Source: Somniosus microcephalus
Taxonomy: Eukaryota
Assembly (NCBI GenBank): GCA_052327205.1
Contig: CM126210.1
Location: 164,362,001 to 164,426,000, forward strand
Direction: 5' to 3'
Length of the DNA: 64,000 nt
Position 1 is the stretch's first letter; every line of letters starts with the position of its first letter. A program made the position numbers and the translations under genes. Shown here piece after piece: positions 26,152 through 38,193 of the stretch. The notes below the pieces were generated by a model. That model was not told the DNA's origin. It saw nothing but the letters and a program-made list of their open reading frames with translations, and made no database searches.

Positions 26152-26849
26152 GGCCTAGAAATTCGGTGGGGTTAGCGCCCAATTAGAGGCGTTAGAGGGT
26201 CTTGCGCCGGAATTATAGCTGGTAACGAAATTGCGTTGGGCCCTACCATCGGCGTTAGCCGGTAGCGCTGCGCCAGCACTGATGACGTCATCGGTGTGCA
26301 CAGCGTCCAGGTTGCCGTGGTAACCCGGCCCCAAGCCCAAATTCAGTTGCGGCCGCCTCGCCCGTGGCAGCCGCAACCAACGATTGTTGAAAGGGATGTT
26401 ACACACCTTTGCGCCGGCGCATAAAGGTGGAGCGGCAGCCGGCCGCTTTCCCGGCGGCCGCCTGCCCGCACCTCCCTCCCCGGACTCCTCCACCACCCCC
26501 CCCGCGGCACTGATGTGTGTGGCCCGCGAGCCCGGCTCTTCCCCGAGGTGCCGGGCTCATTTGTCGGGTGAATCGACCGGCCAGCGGTCGGCTGCAGGCA
26601 GCTCCTCCTTAACAGAAGGAGGAGGCCTGCAGTACCCCAGCCTGCCGCACCGCCTCGGGTGCCGCAGCGGGGGATTAGCGCCTCAAAACTGCACTGAACG
26701 CCCATAGTGAGGCGCAAAAACCCTCCATTAGCGCCCGCCGCCGTCTGGGCCCGGGGCAACCGAATTTTCGTCGGGTGCAGCGGCATTAACGCCGGTGCAA
26801 AATTTCGGGCGCTAAAGCCCTGGCGGACCCACAACCGAATTTCTAGGCC
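26152..26849. mobile_element. Harbinger-type MITE, GC- and CpG-rich
   Basis: Perfect 16-bp TIR ggcctagaaattcggt / accgaatttctaggcc; 3-bp TSD CTA. Confidence 0.85.
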
Positions 26850-27060
26850 CTACTTTTGAAATCAGTAGGTCTTTTAAAGGCTCTTTTGCCTAAACGTGCA
26901 CCCAGCAGCTCCTTGTTTGCACCCAAAATCAGGACTTAAGGTACACACAAATTTGGCCCCTATGATTCTATAAAGGGAAATTTTAGACATGATGATGCAC
27001 CAGTGAGTGAGATGATGTTTTATGCTTTGTTATTTACAAATTCTCCATGTTTTAAATTTT

Positions 27061-27480
27061 CAGCTTAGCCCAGTTGGTAGCACTATTGCCTCTGAGGCAA
27101 AAAGTTGTGGGATTAAGCCGACTATAGGACTTGAGCACGTAATTTAGGCTGACAGTTCAGTGGGGTGCTGAGGGAGTGCTACATTGGCTGAGGTGCCATC
27201 TTTGGAATGAGACATTAAACCAAGACCCCGTTTGCCTGTTCAGGTGGATGTAAAAGATCCCACTATTCAAAGAAGAGCAGGGCACTTCTCCCAATATCCT
27301 GGTCAACATTTATCCATCAAGCAACATAACTATAAACACTCACCTTGCTGAGTGAAAATTGGCTGCTGTGTTTGTCTCCATGACTATAGTGAATACACTT
27401 AAAAAAATAATTAATTGGCATTAAATTGCTTTGGGATGTCCTGAGGACATGAAAGATGCTAAATAAATGTAAGTTCTTTC
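27061..27480 (+). mobile_element. DeuSINE-like SINE
   Basis: Decayed tRNA head (cagttggtagcact...gcctctgag...gttgtgggattaag), Deu-like core and L2-like tail. Confidence 0.65.
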
Positions 27481-27649
27481 TCTAATACATCCATTATTTT
27501 CTGCTACTAATTATTTTGAAAAAGTAAAAACACGCTTTGTCCTTTAATCATTTTATTCAACTCCAGTCCATGGTTTCAGGGGTGTTTGTTGGAAGACTGA
27601 ATTCCTTCCTGTGAAAGCAAACTTTTTTGGTTTTTTACCAACCTCACAG

Positions 27650-27793
27650 GAAGTTGATTGAAGGAGAGGATTCTCGCTTGTCAACAGTGATGGGTGGGTT
27701 CTGCATGATGGGGCAAGGGAACCTCAGCGCCATTGAGAGCATTTCCAAGGAACAGGCTGTGGAGACGACCGAAAGGAAAACTGTACTTATCAG
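27650..27793 (+). CDS. IF gene exon, 144 nt, phase 2/2: KLIEGEDSRL...TTERKTVLI
   Basis: ctcacag/gtaaaa splice sites; completes TYRKLIEGE; the tail resembles type III KRTLLIKTVET. Confidence 0.95.
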
Positions 27794-28088
27794 GTAAAAG
27801 TAATTCACTCCTCCAGTGCCTGAAGAGCAAATTATAAATTGGAAGTCCCTTTAGGTATTGCAATATACCTGTGATCAGCAGCAAAAGTATATTTCCCACT
27901 TAAGTGGTAAGATAGGTGAAGAAAATAATAAAAATATTTTAATTTTACATATGGGTAACTTGCAGAATTTAAGTTTTTGTAAATATGTTTCTTGAGAAAT
28001 TTTGGTATCAGACTCGTGTGCTTTCTTTCATTTTCCCCCCTTTGGTGGTGGAGAAGAAATCAGGAAAAGGTGTAAAAAAAAATGGAGT

Positions 28089-28294
28089 GACTGTTGCCAA
28101 CGAACGAAAGCTGTGCAGAAGCGTACTGCGCATTAATCTGGAACTGGAAGCATGATGTTTCTGGGGTTTTTTTCCCCCAGAGCCCGCTCCCTCCCCGGCA
28201 TTTAAAAAAAATTAACAAGCCCGCTCCCTTAACGAGCCAGAAGCGCACATGCGCAGAACGCTGCTACACAGCTTCCGGTTCGTTGGCAGCAGTC
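28089..28294. repeat. Fold-back with ~46-bp imperfect inverted arms
   Basis: 28089-28133 pairs with 28249-28294. Confidence 0.8.
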
Positions 28295-28901
28295 GTGTCC
28301 TACAAAATAATACGTAAAGTGATGTACACTATTTCATTTCAATTGAGATGTCTTCAGGTGTTCATATCTATTTTATAATGGTAATTTCAATCACAGTTTA
28401 AATCTCAGTGAATAAATATGCAATACACTGCGCAATAACACAGTTGATTCTTATGTGCTGCTTAATGTGGCAAACAAATGTTTGGGTTTCTACATGAAAT
28501 TTTATTACTTTATTGACTCTGGCTCCCATTTCTAACACTAAGGAGGTACTTTAATGAATTTGTGCTCCTGGTGCAGAACCTCGCCGCTGGAGGCACGTAT
28601 TAGGAAATCAGGCACATGCTCTCCATGATTTTCTATCCATTTTCTGATCTGTTCCTGGTGCAGAGCCTTGCCCAAGCTCATAAAATTACCCCAGAAATGT
28701 TCCAAAATTCATTCGGACTGGACCCGTGTCATGCTTGGACTGTAACCTAGACCAGGATAATGTTCCAGGGTTTAGTGTTCAATGGTGACTGTGCGATTTA
28801 TCCATCTATCGCTCCGTCCCAGAAGCCAACGAGTTAGCATATTCTGAAAATTCAGGAAAGAGGTTTGCCTCAGAAGTGAATAACATCCACAGGATTGTCA
28901 T

Positions 28902-30877
28902 TAAAAACAGAAAATGCTGCAAATACTCAGCAGGTCAGGCAGCATCTGTGGAGAGAGAAACAGAGTTAATGTTTCAGGTCGATGACCTTTCGTCAGAACT
29001 GGAAAAAGTTAGAGATGTAACAGATTTTAAGCAAGTACAGGGGCAGGGAAAGGGGGAGGGGAGGAAAGAACAAAAGGGAAGGTCTGATAGGATGGAAGGC
29101 AGGAGTGATTAAATGACAAAAAGTATGATTGTACAAAGCAAAAGGAGATGGTAATGGGACAAGTAAAGAAACAAAAGATGAGTCTAGATGAGGTGTAAAT
29201 GTGAATAGCAGAATCATCAACAGCTGCAATCTGGAATAAATAGGGGCAGAGGTTATGGTCTGAAAATGTTGAACTCAATGTTGAGTCCAGAAGGCTGTAT
29301 AGTGCCTAATCGAAAGATGAGGTGCCGCAAAGTGGTCACCCAATCTGCATTTGGTCTCCCCAATGTAGAGGAGACCGCATCATGAGCAGCGAATACAGTA
29401 TACTAGATTGCAAGAAGTACAAGTAAATCGGTGTTTCACCTGGAAGTAATGTTTGGGGCCCTGGACAGTGGGAAAGGAGGAGGTAAAATGGCAGGTGTTG
29501 AATCTCCTGCGCTTGCATGGGAAGCTGTCGTGGGAAGGGGAGTGGGTGTTTGGGGGTGATTGAGGAGTGGACCAGGGTGTTGCAGAGGGAGCGGTCCCTT
29601 CGGAATGCTGAAAGGGGAGGGGAAGCTGTGTTTGGTGGTGGGATCACGCTGGAGGTGGCGGAATTGGCGGAGGATGATCCATTGAATATGAAGGCTGGTG
29701 GGGTGGAAGGTGAGGCCAAGGGAAACCCTATCGTGGTTCTAGGAGGGATCGGATGGGGTGAGAGCAGAAGTGCGGGAAATGGAACGGACACGGTCGAGGG
29801 CCGTGTCAACCACAGTAGAGGGGAATCCTCAGTTGAGGAAAAAGGAAAACATATCGGAAGCACTGATAAGGAAGGTGGCATCGTCAGAACAGATGTGACA
29901 GAGATGGAGAAATTGGGAGAATGGGATAGAATCCTTACAGGAAGCAGGGTGGGAGGAAATGTAGTCCAGGTAGCTGTGGGAGTCAGTGGGCTTATAGTTT
30001 GTTCATAGCCTATCCCCAGAAATGGAAACAAAGAAGTCGAGGAAGGGAAGAGTCAGAGATGGACCATGTGAAGGTGAGGGAAGGGTAGAAATTGGAAGCA
30101 AAGTGAATGAAATCAGTCATCAATGTTCTGGAAAAAGAGGTGAGGGAGAGGACCTGAGTAGGATTGGAACAATGAATGTTCCACATATCCAATGAGAAGG
30201 CAGGCATAGCTAGGACCCATGTGGGTTCCCATAGCAACACCTTTTATTTGAAGGAAGTGAGAACAGCCAAAGGAGAAGTTGTTCAATGTGAGAACAAGTT
30301 TAGCCAGACGGAGGAGAGTGGTCGTGAATGAGGACTGGTTGGGCTTCTGTTCAAGGAAGAAGCGGAGTGTCCTCAGGCCAACCTGGTGAGGGGTGGAGGT
30401 GTAGAGGGATTGGACGTCCATGGTGAAAAGGAGATGGTTGAGGCCAGGAAACTGAAAACTGTTAAAGGGGCGGAGGGCGTCGGAAGAGTCGCGGATGTAG
30501 GTGGGAAGAGACTGGACAAGGGGAGAAAAATAGAGTCGAGATAGGAAGAAATCAGTTCCGTGGGGCAAAAACAGGCTGAAACAATGGGTCTACCAGGGCA
30601 GTCCTGTTTGTGGATCTTGGGAACAAGGTAGAAGTGTGGGATTGGGGGACTATGAGGTTGGTGGCTGTGGGGGGAAGTTCTCCAGAGGAGGTGAGGTCAG
30701 TGACAGTCTTGGAGACGATGGCTTGATGTTCGGTAGTGGGGTCATGGTCCAGGAGGAGGTAGGAGGAGGTGTCAGAGCTAGCATTCAGCCTCCAAGGTAG
30801 AGGTTGGTTCGCCAAACAACAACAGTGCCACCCTTGTCAGCAGATTTAATGACAATGTTGGGGTTGGATCTGAGAGA
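28902..30877 (-). mobile_element. 5'-truncated Penelope-like element (RT + GIY-YIG endonuclease, decayed)
   Basis: MDVQSLYT and GVAMGTHMGPSYA motifs; GIY-YIG region around 29340-29440; pLTR; 13-bp TSD acaggattgtcat. Confidence 0.9.
28963..29001 (-). ncRNA. Minimal hammerhead ribozyme motif in a Penelope pLTR
   Basis: Minus strand reads cagtt CTGACGA aaggtc atc gacct GAAA cattaact; stem III carries a probable CpG-decay change. Confidence 0.65.
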
Positions 30878-31691
30878 ACAGGATTGTCATGTTATGCAAT
30901 TTAATACATAAACCCATTGTTTATATTGGTTCTTTAAAAATTATTAAAACTAATGCAGAGAAGAAAATATTAGGGTCTGTCCATATTTGATAGTTGCAAT
31001 TTATTTATAGTGGGGACAATTTTAACTTTACCCACCCAATGGAAAGTGGGTAGGTAGGCAGTTAAAATCACTCTGGTTACATACCTTCCCTGGAAATACC
31101 AGGAGATGTCCGTCAACCTGCTCTACTGAGCAGGCAGCAAGGACACCTGTCCAAAATCGGCAGGGTCAATTTTTACATATGCATATCGGGTCCTGATGAC
31201 GTCATCAGGACCTGACTGTAACTTTAACTGGACGGCCTGAGCAGGAAGCTACAGCCAAGTGAAGACCGCAGCGAAGCAGATCGGGGCCTGAGAAAGCCCA
31301 AACAGGTAAAAAAAAAATATTTGTTGGGCCTGGCGTTATGTGCCTTTGCCTGTTTTTCCTCTACCTATTGCGCAGGAAATGGGTGGACATGCGGCATTAA
31401 GCTGAGGAAAACCAGCTCCATTTTTTCCTGATATTGTGAAGTACCACAATGATTTAAAAGATACTGCCTTCAGCTAGACATTAGTGAATTATGAAAAGTA
31501 TACACATAATGTTGCTTCACAGCCCTTATTTCCACTTGGATACTATAGGGACAGACTTTCCCTGCACCTGGGTGTATTGGATCACCTGGGCACAGCACAT
31601 ACAGATGTCACACCCATAAGGGAGCCTGCCTGATTTTCTATCCACTTCACTGTGAAACTGCAAATGCTGTAACCTTTTCTTTTAATCTTAG

Positions 31692-31785
31692 AACAGTTAA
31701 AACAGATGAAGACATGTTGCAAAAAGACACACAAGAGAGAACCATTACAATCTCTGGTGCTGCAGATTATAGCGATGAAGAATAA
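31692..31785 (+). CDS. IF gene last coding exon: TVKTDEDMLQKDTQERTITISGAADYSDEE*
   Basis: Pyrimidine tract plus ttag acceptor; the phase-2 join gives RKTVLIRTVKTDE; TAA stop followed by an AT-rich UTR. Confidence 0.85.
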
Positions 31786-31957
31786 GAATCTTGGAAATGA
31801 TGCTGATGGTCAAACAGATTTTAAAAAATTGCTGCAAACATTTAAGTTATAATGCTTTGAGTTCCTTAACAAATGTGCCATTTAAAAATTTAAATTATAG
31901 AGAGTCAAGGACATTGCTGAGAATGCTGTCGTGAGATTCCGATGCTGCTTCTAAAGA

Positions 31958-31963
31958 AATAAA
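31958..31963 (+). terminator. Candidate polyadenylation signal of the IF gene
   Basis: AATAAA about 170 nt after the stop, with ATTAAA and a GT-rich stretch just downstream. Confidence 0.5.
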
Positions 31964-32424
31964 ATTACAGGCATTAAATCATTGTGTGGGAGTCGTCATG
32001 TCCACTGTATCAAACACTGCAGTTACTTAAACCAAATTCTGTTGCATTTTATAATTTTTATGAAACTTTATATGAACATTCAAAAGCACTAACTATAACA
32101 GTCAAGAAATGTTTCCCCCTAACCATGAATTTCTTTAGTATATGTAGCAACTTAGTGGTCATGTTACACTCATAGGTTCCCAGTGCTTTCCAAGCTTAGC
32201 ACCACCTCCTTAGAAACTGGCACAGGACAACCTCCTGCAAACTCCTTCTATGCACAGCACTTGTGTGCTGCACTTTTCTATCTTCACAATACCCATGGAG
32301 AGCACCCTGACACATGGGGGACTAAATAAAGACATGCCACTAATTTCAAATAAGGAATCCATGCCCCTGCTTTTATAGTAGAAAACAAGAGGAAGACTAC
32401 TCAAGGAGGCATGACCACATAATG

Positions 32425-32965
32425 AGATTAATGACCAGATAACCTGTTTCAGTGATGTTGGTTGAGGGACAACTGTTGGCCAGGACACCGGGAGAACTCC
32501 CCTGCTCGTCTTCAAATAGTGCCAGGGGATCTTTACATCCACCTGAGAGGGCAGACAGGACCTCAGTTTAACATCTCATTTGAAAGGCAGCACTTCTGAA
32601 TGTGCAGCACTGCTTGGGGTCACTTTAAACTAACTCGGCTGGTGGGAAACTGACAAGGATTGGAACAGCTGCCCGATTTACATCCCGCCCAATTTTACTT
32701 TCCATTGACTTCAGCGGTGGGTTAGGTTAAAATGACCCCCAAAGTGTCAGCCTTAATTACATGCGCAAGTTTCTGGAGTGGGACTTGAACTCATGACCTT
32801 CTGGTGGTGGGAGGGGGTTGCAAAACAGGCAGTAGCAAATTAGCTGCCCGTTACATATCCTGCCCAATTCAATACCGCCTATTTTGTGCTTCCACCGAAG
32901 TTGAATTTCACCCTCTCTGACTCAGAGGGGAGAGTGTTACCACTGATGAGCCAAAGCTGACACCC
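32425..32965 (-). mobile_element. DeuSINE-like SINE with small MITE-like inserts
   Basis: Core similar to 6017-6180; the tRNA head is split around 32770-32960. Confidence 0.6.
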
Positions 32966-33871
32966 AAGGGTAAATTGGGAAGTAATGACTCAGGAGATGA
33001 CCAAGCTTGAATTTTGAAAATTTATAACCTATATGTGGATGGAAGTTGATGAACTGAGATTAAAAAGGACTTTGGGCGAATGGCCATCTAAGCTGGTTGG
33101 TTGGACTTGCAAGAAACATAAAGAAACTGTGGGCTAAAAATTGGTCCAGGCTCATTTTCAGTTCTGAAATAGGCAGCACGCACCGAGTGTGTGTCAGAAG
33201 CTGGAGGCCCGATGCTCACCTGAAATTGGGCCTTGGGTCTCATTTTAATGATTGTGGCGAGCTACTGGCAATGGTTGTGTCTTCAGAGGCAGCTCGTGAG
33301 TCGCCGCGGGACCAATTTGAACCGCTGCCTTGGCGGCAGTGGCCCTCAGATAATTCATGGGGTGGGGGGCAGGAGGAGAATGTGAGGGGAACTAGCATAG
33401 GTCGGCACTGGTCCTTGGGAGTGCTGTGAAGCTGGGAGGAGCACTTCTGCTCAACAGGGTTCAAAATTTTTCCTGCATGGCAGGGTTTCCAGAAGTGCAG
33501 AGCATTGTAGATGGCACCCATGTACTCTACAGACTGTAAAGTCTGGCTGCCACATCCTGACAGAGATAGACATTTCCCCAGAGAACAGCAGTGCACTAAG
33601 TGTCAAACAAGGCAAACCTTCTCACACTCTCCACAGGAGTCGAATGCTGAGCCACTCTGTCACTTGCCCACAGATACAACTTCTTGCCAGCACGTTAAGT
33701 TTTCTTTTACTTCACTTTTGCTTGGCACTTCTTCGTCTGTTACCCTCACACACTCCCACCCCCAAACCCCCGTCCCCCAATCACCACACCGTGGCCATGG
33801 TAAAGACTGACAAATATCTTGGTTCAATCTAAAGACTTTATAAAGGCTGAAGCAATATTCCAATATTCACC

Positions 33872-34774
33872 AGTACGATAGCAAAATACTGCGGAGATGC
33901 TGGAAATCCGAAATAACAACAGAAAATGCTGGAAAAACTCAGCAGGCCAGGCAACATCCGTGGAGAGAAAATAGTCAACGTTTCGAGTCAAGCTCTTTGT
34001 CAAGACTGGAAAGGCACAGGAAATGAAATAGATTGAAAGGCCAGGCTGGGAGAGAACAAAAGAGAAATGAAGAGACATTAAGAGGTATTCAAAACGAGAC
34101 GAGATGGTGATAGGACTAGTGGAGACAAAAGACGGCTTCAGATTAGATGTGAAATGTGCTGGCAGAATGAGACACAGCTGCCACGTGGGAGAGAAAAAAA
34201 AGAGAGAAAAGAGAAAAAAAGAGGGGGCGGGGGGAAAGGGCCAAAACAAAGGTGGGGATAAAAAATAAGTAAAAATGTAATGGGGGCCGAGGTTATGATC
34301 TAAAATTGTTGAACTCGATAGAGAGTCCAGAAGGCTGTAAAGTGCCTAATCGGAAGATGAGGTGCTGTTCCTCGAGTTTACGCTGAGCTTCCGTGGAACA
34401 ATGCAAGAGCCCAAGTACAGTGAGGTCTGAGTGGGAATGGGGCGGTGAATTAAAATGACAGGCGACCGGAAGCTCGGAGTCACACTTACGGACTGAACGG
34501 AGGTGTTCCGCAAAGCGGTCACCCATTCTGTGTTTGGTCTCCCCAATGTAGAGGAGACCACATCGTGAGCAGCGAATACAGTATACTAGATTGCAAGAAG
34601 TACAAGTAAATCGCTGTTTCACCTGGAAGGGTTGTTTGGGGCCCTGGACAGTGGGAAGGGGGGAGGTATAAGGGCAGGTGTTGCATCTCCTGCGTTTGAC
34701 TCGAAACGTTGACTATTTTCTCTCCACGGATGTTGCCTGGCCTGCTGAGTTTTTCCAGCATTTTCTGTCGTTAT
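33872..34774 (-). mobile_element. Penelope-like element, GIY-YIG end with an inverted pLTR copy at the truncated 5' end
   Basis: ORF 34293..34622 (NLVYCIRC..C..LYIGETK); about 33910-33991 is inverted at about 34697-34777; 14-bp TSD ttccaatattcacc. Confidence 0.9.
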
Positions 34775-35524
34775 TTCCAATATTCACCCCCATATGTAAC
34801 CAATTGCTTTAAGTAGGCACATCTCTTTAAGTTTGAGATGCAAGCCAGATTTTCTACATCCTCCATGAGGCTAACTCTTGGCCAAAGGCCAAAGTTATGC
34901 TGGGAGTTTATGCTAATTATTCAAATAAGTTGACTCCATAACACTGCAGACAGTCAGCTCAGTGTGCTTTTGGCTAGCTTTGCTCTGGCAACTAGCCATT
35001 CCATGCTCCATTTTAGCAGGATTACAAAATCAGCCTTATAGCACCCTCAGAAATTTCTTAAATACTTCATGTAGAATGAATTACATTGCAGAGCAGTGAC
35101 AGTAGGTATGTAGGAAAATGCAGCAGTTATTTTGTGCACAACTAGATCCTACAAACAACAAATGAGATAAATAACCAGTTAATGAGCTATATAAAAGCAC
35201 ATTCTTTCTCAAATCTGTTTTGTGTTGGTGATATTTGTTGGGGGAAGAATATTGAAGAGTCTGCTTTTCTTTGAATATTGCCATAGGGTCTTTAGGGCTG
35301 AATTTTCCTCCAGTAGATTTACGCCCACAAATTGAAGCACAGCAGGGTTGTAGTCAACTTACATCGGCGTAATTTAGCCTCGGAAGACTTTGTAGCTTTA
35401 CTTATGCAGTACTGAATCAATTTTTCTCACAATTTCTTTTGGTTTTTTTTGTATCACTGAGACGTGCACTAAACTTAACCAAATTGCAGTCAGTCTCTGA
35501 ACCTGGCAGGATCAAGCAGCTGCA

Positions 35525-36480
35525 ATGGCCTTCCTCCCTGTCCAGCATCATCATGAAAGAGGAAGAGCAGTAACAGAGGAAAGAGTCACTAAGAGTGACG
35601 CACCATACCAGGAGACTCACTATTATCCCACCCAGATAGGGTACAGGCAGTGGATGTCATTCCAGGACCCTTTGGAGGAGAAATGCATCAGGACTCTGTG
35701 CTTCACAAAGTAAGCATCAGCCATCTATGTGAAATTCTGCAGGATGGCCTCAAGCCGTGCTTCACTTCTCACAGGGCATTATCTATTGAGATGAAGGCCA
35801 CCACAGTCCTGAACGTCTATAGCTTTGGATCTTTCCATTCAGCTACAGGGGATCTATGCAACATCAGCCAGGAAGCTGTAAGGGCCCTATATTCACCAGG
35901 TGACAGATGCCCTTTTTCACAGGGCACCAGAATTAATCTCCTATGCATATGTCAAACAGAACAAAGGACAGGGCCAGGCAGTTCTACAGACTTACTGACT
36001 TCTCCAGGGTGCAGGGGGTGATCAACGGAACCCACATGGTGCAGAAACGCTACAGCAGAACCCTATGACTTACATCAACAGGAATGGCAACCATTCGCCT
36101 AATATGTAGATTGTCTGTGATGCCCAGCAGCAGATACTGTACATTAGCATGCAGGGAGCTGCCCAGTCACCTTTATCCTTCAAACATTGGCCAGTTATAC
36201 AGTGAGGATTGGTGAATCAACGGTTGGATCCTGGGGGAACAAGGCCTAACCCCTGACATCATGGATGCTGACACCATTCCGAGTGATGCACAACACAGTA
36301 GAGGAGCATTACATACGTGCCCATGCAATGACCAGGCGGGTGGTAGCGAGGACCTTTGGCAGTTCTGAAAGGCTGCTTCAGGTGCCGGGACAGGACAGGG
36401 TGTCTCCTGCAGTACACGCCAAACAGGGTGCCAAAAATTATTGTGGCCTGCTGTGCACTGCAGAATTGTGACTGAGCCTA
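35525..36480 (+). pseudogene. PIF/Harbinger DDE transposase remnant
   Basis: Across frames: CIRTLCFTK, LNVYSFGSFH..GDLCNISQ, VQGVINGTH, YINRNGNHS, IVCDA, GWILG, WMLTPF, AHAMTRRVV and IIVACCAL. Confidence 0.8.
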
Positions 36481-36669
36481 GACATCCCTGGTGAGGAGCC
36501 GTGGAACCAGAAGATCCTGAGTTGCAGGCCCCAGAGCCAAGGACAGATACCCACTGAAACGAGTCAACACCCTAATGCAGAGGGCAGTTCTTAGCAGGTG
36601 TTCAGCAACTGATTGCTTCCACCATCAGATCAAAGCTTGACCACCTTCACCCTCACTCTAAGACAGTAA

Positions 36670-37350
36670 GGGGGCAAAATTGGGTACATTTGTGCCTCCC
36701 GTTAGCGCCCCCGGGGGCGCTAACAGGGCGCAAACTACTCCCACCATATTCGGCGGGAGATTTGCGGCAGCACTACGGCATTGCGCCCCGATATCCTTCA
36801 CCTGGAGATCGTGACATCATCGCCGTGTGCATCACCCCAGTAGCACCCTGGACCCGAAATTGACTTCCACCCCTTGAAGCAGCACCAGGCGAAAACACCA
36901 ACAGCTGCAGGAGGCGTGCATCGGGCGGCCGCCTGCTTCGGGGGTGATGATTAAAGGCGAGGTGGCCGAGGTAAGTAAAAAAAATACTTACCTTTCTTAT
37001 TCCGCTTTTTTTTGCGGGTTTCTGCCTGCGATTGATCAGCCCAGCACTCTGCTTGAGTGCCGGGCTGATTGCATTGGAACGTGGCTGCCTTGGTGTCCAA
37101 GTAGGTCATTTTTCTATTGCAGAGCCTGCAGTGATGGCCCTTCCCTTTAAGGGAAGGAAGGAGCCTTTGAACGCGGCAGCGCTGCACGGCCCAGTGTGCA
37201 CAGCCCAGTGTGCAGCGCTGCTGAAGTCTCCACCTCGCCTGCTACCGACTGCGCTCCAAGAAGGAAGTGGAGCGTTTGATTTAGCGCTCCACTTCCTTCT
37301 TGGAATGCAAAACCAGATTTAGCGCCCCAAACGGGTCTATAATGAATTTT
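36670..37350. mobile_element. Harbinger-type MITE
   Basis: Left end gggggcaaaattggg..gcctcccgttagcgcc is similar to the 25122 element; the right TIR is degraded. Confidence 0.55.
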
Positions 37351-38193
37351 CAGAAGGCTATACCCACCAAGCACATGTCCTCTGACCATTCAATGGCTAT
37401 GCCAACTTTTATTGGCCGACTGAAGAAGTCTGAACTAATTGTGTGGACCATTCCCCCGTGGCACTGTGGTCTCAAAGAGTAACAAAGCAGAGAATTAAAG
37501 TGAAGTTCTAGCTTTCATACAACAAACAATAGAACACAAACTGGCTTCAATGAACACCAAGGGCCCCCAAAAAAAGAACTGTCAACAAGGATACATAAAT
37601 AGTGGGATTCCGATCCAGCTCCATAAAATACACTAGTGACCAACAACAGAAAAAGTGAACAGTCAAGGTGTATACAAACTTCACAATAAATAATACATGC
37701 TCCATTGAACTCTATTAGTGCACTTTGAACCTTGATATGAAGATGGACAAGGACAAGTGGGCCTGCATCAATGACACAGAAAAGAAAAGGAGCAATGTCA
37801 CCGTTTACAATTTTTGCTAAAGAACATTCTTCACTGGAAGTTTTTAGCACTGTTTTCAATGTTTGCTAGATTAAAAACATTCATTATTGAACTGTATTAA
37901 TGAACATTTAACCGTAATAAAGAAATTTTCAACGACAAATAGGCTAGCATTACTGACTCAAATCAAATTAAGTGCAGTATTGAAGAGCATAGAGTAATTG
38001 CAAGGGAAAACAAAACATTCTCCATGGAATTGTTATAGTGCACAAACAACCTTTATACAGCAATGGCCAAAACCAAACGGGCCAACGTAATAAACTCTGA
38101 ACAGAAAAAGTGAACAGTCACTTGTCATGAAGTTACAAAGCAGTCCGCAGAAGTAAAATGAACTAAAAGAAGGTGGACTCAGCAAACAGACAG

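Noticed and set aside
3539-31785. Naming the IF gene VIM, DES, NEFL or a keratin
   Set aside because: The exon structure and tail match none of them fully, so the symbol is left blank pending phylogeny.
1-31785. Antisense orientation bias of intronic retroelements
   Set aside because: The LINE at 7196, the Gypsy and several SINEs are in sense orientation, and the sample is too small.
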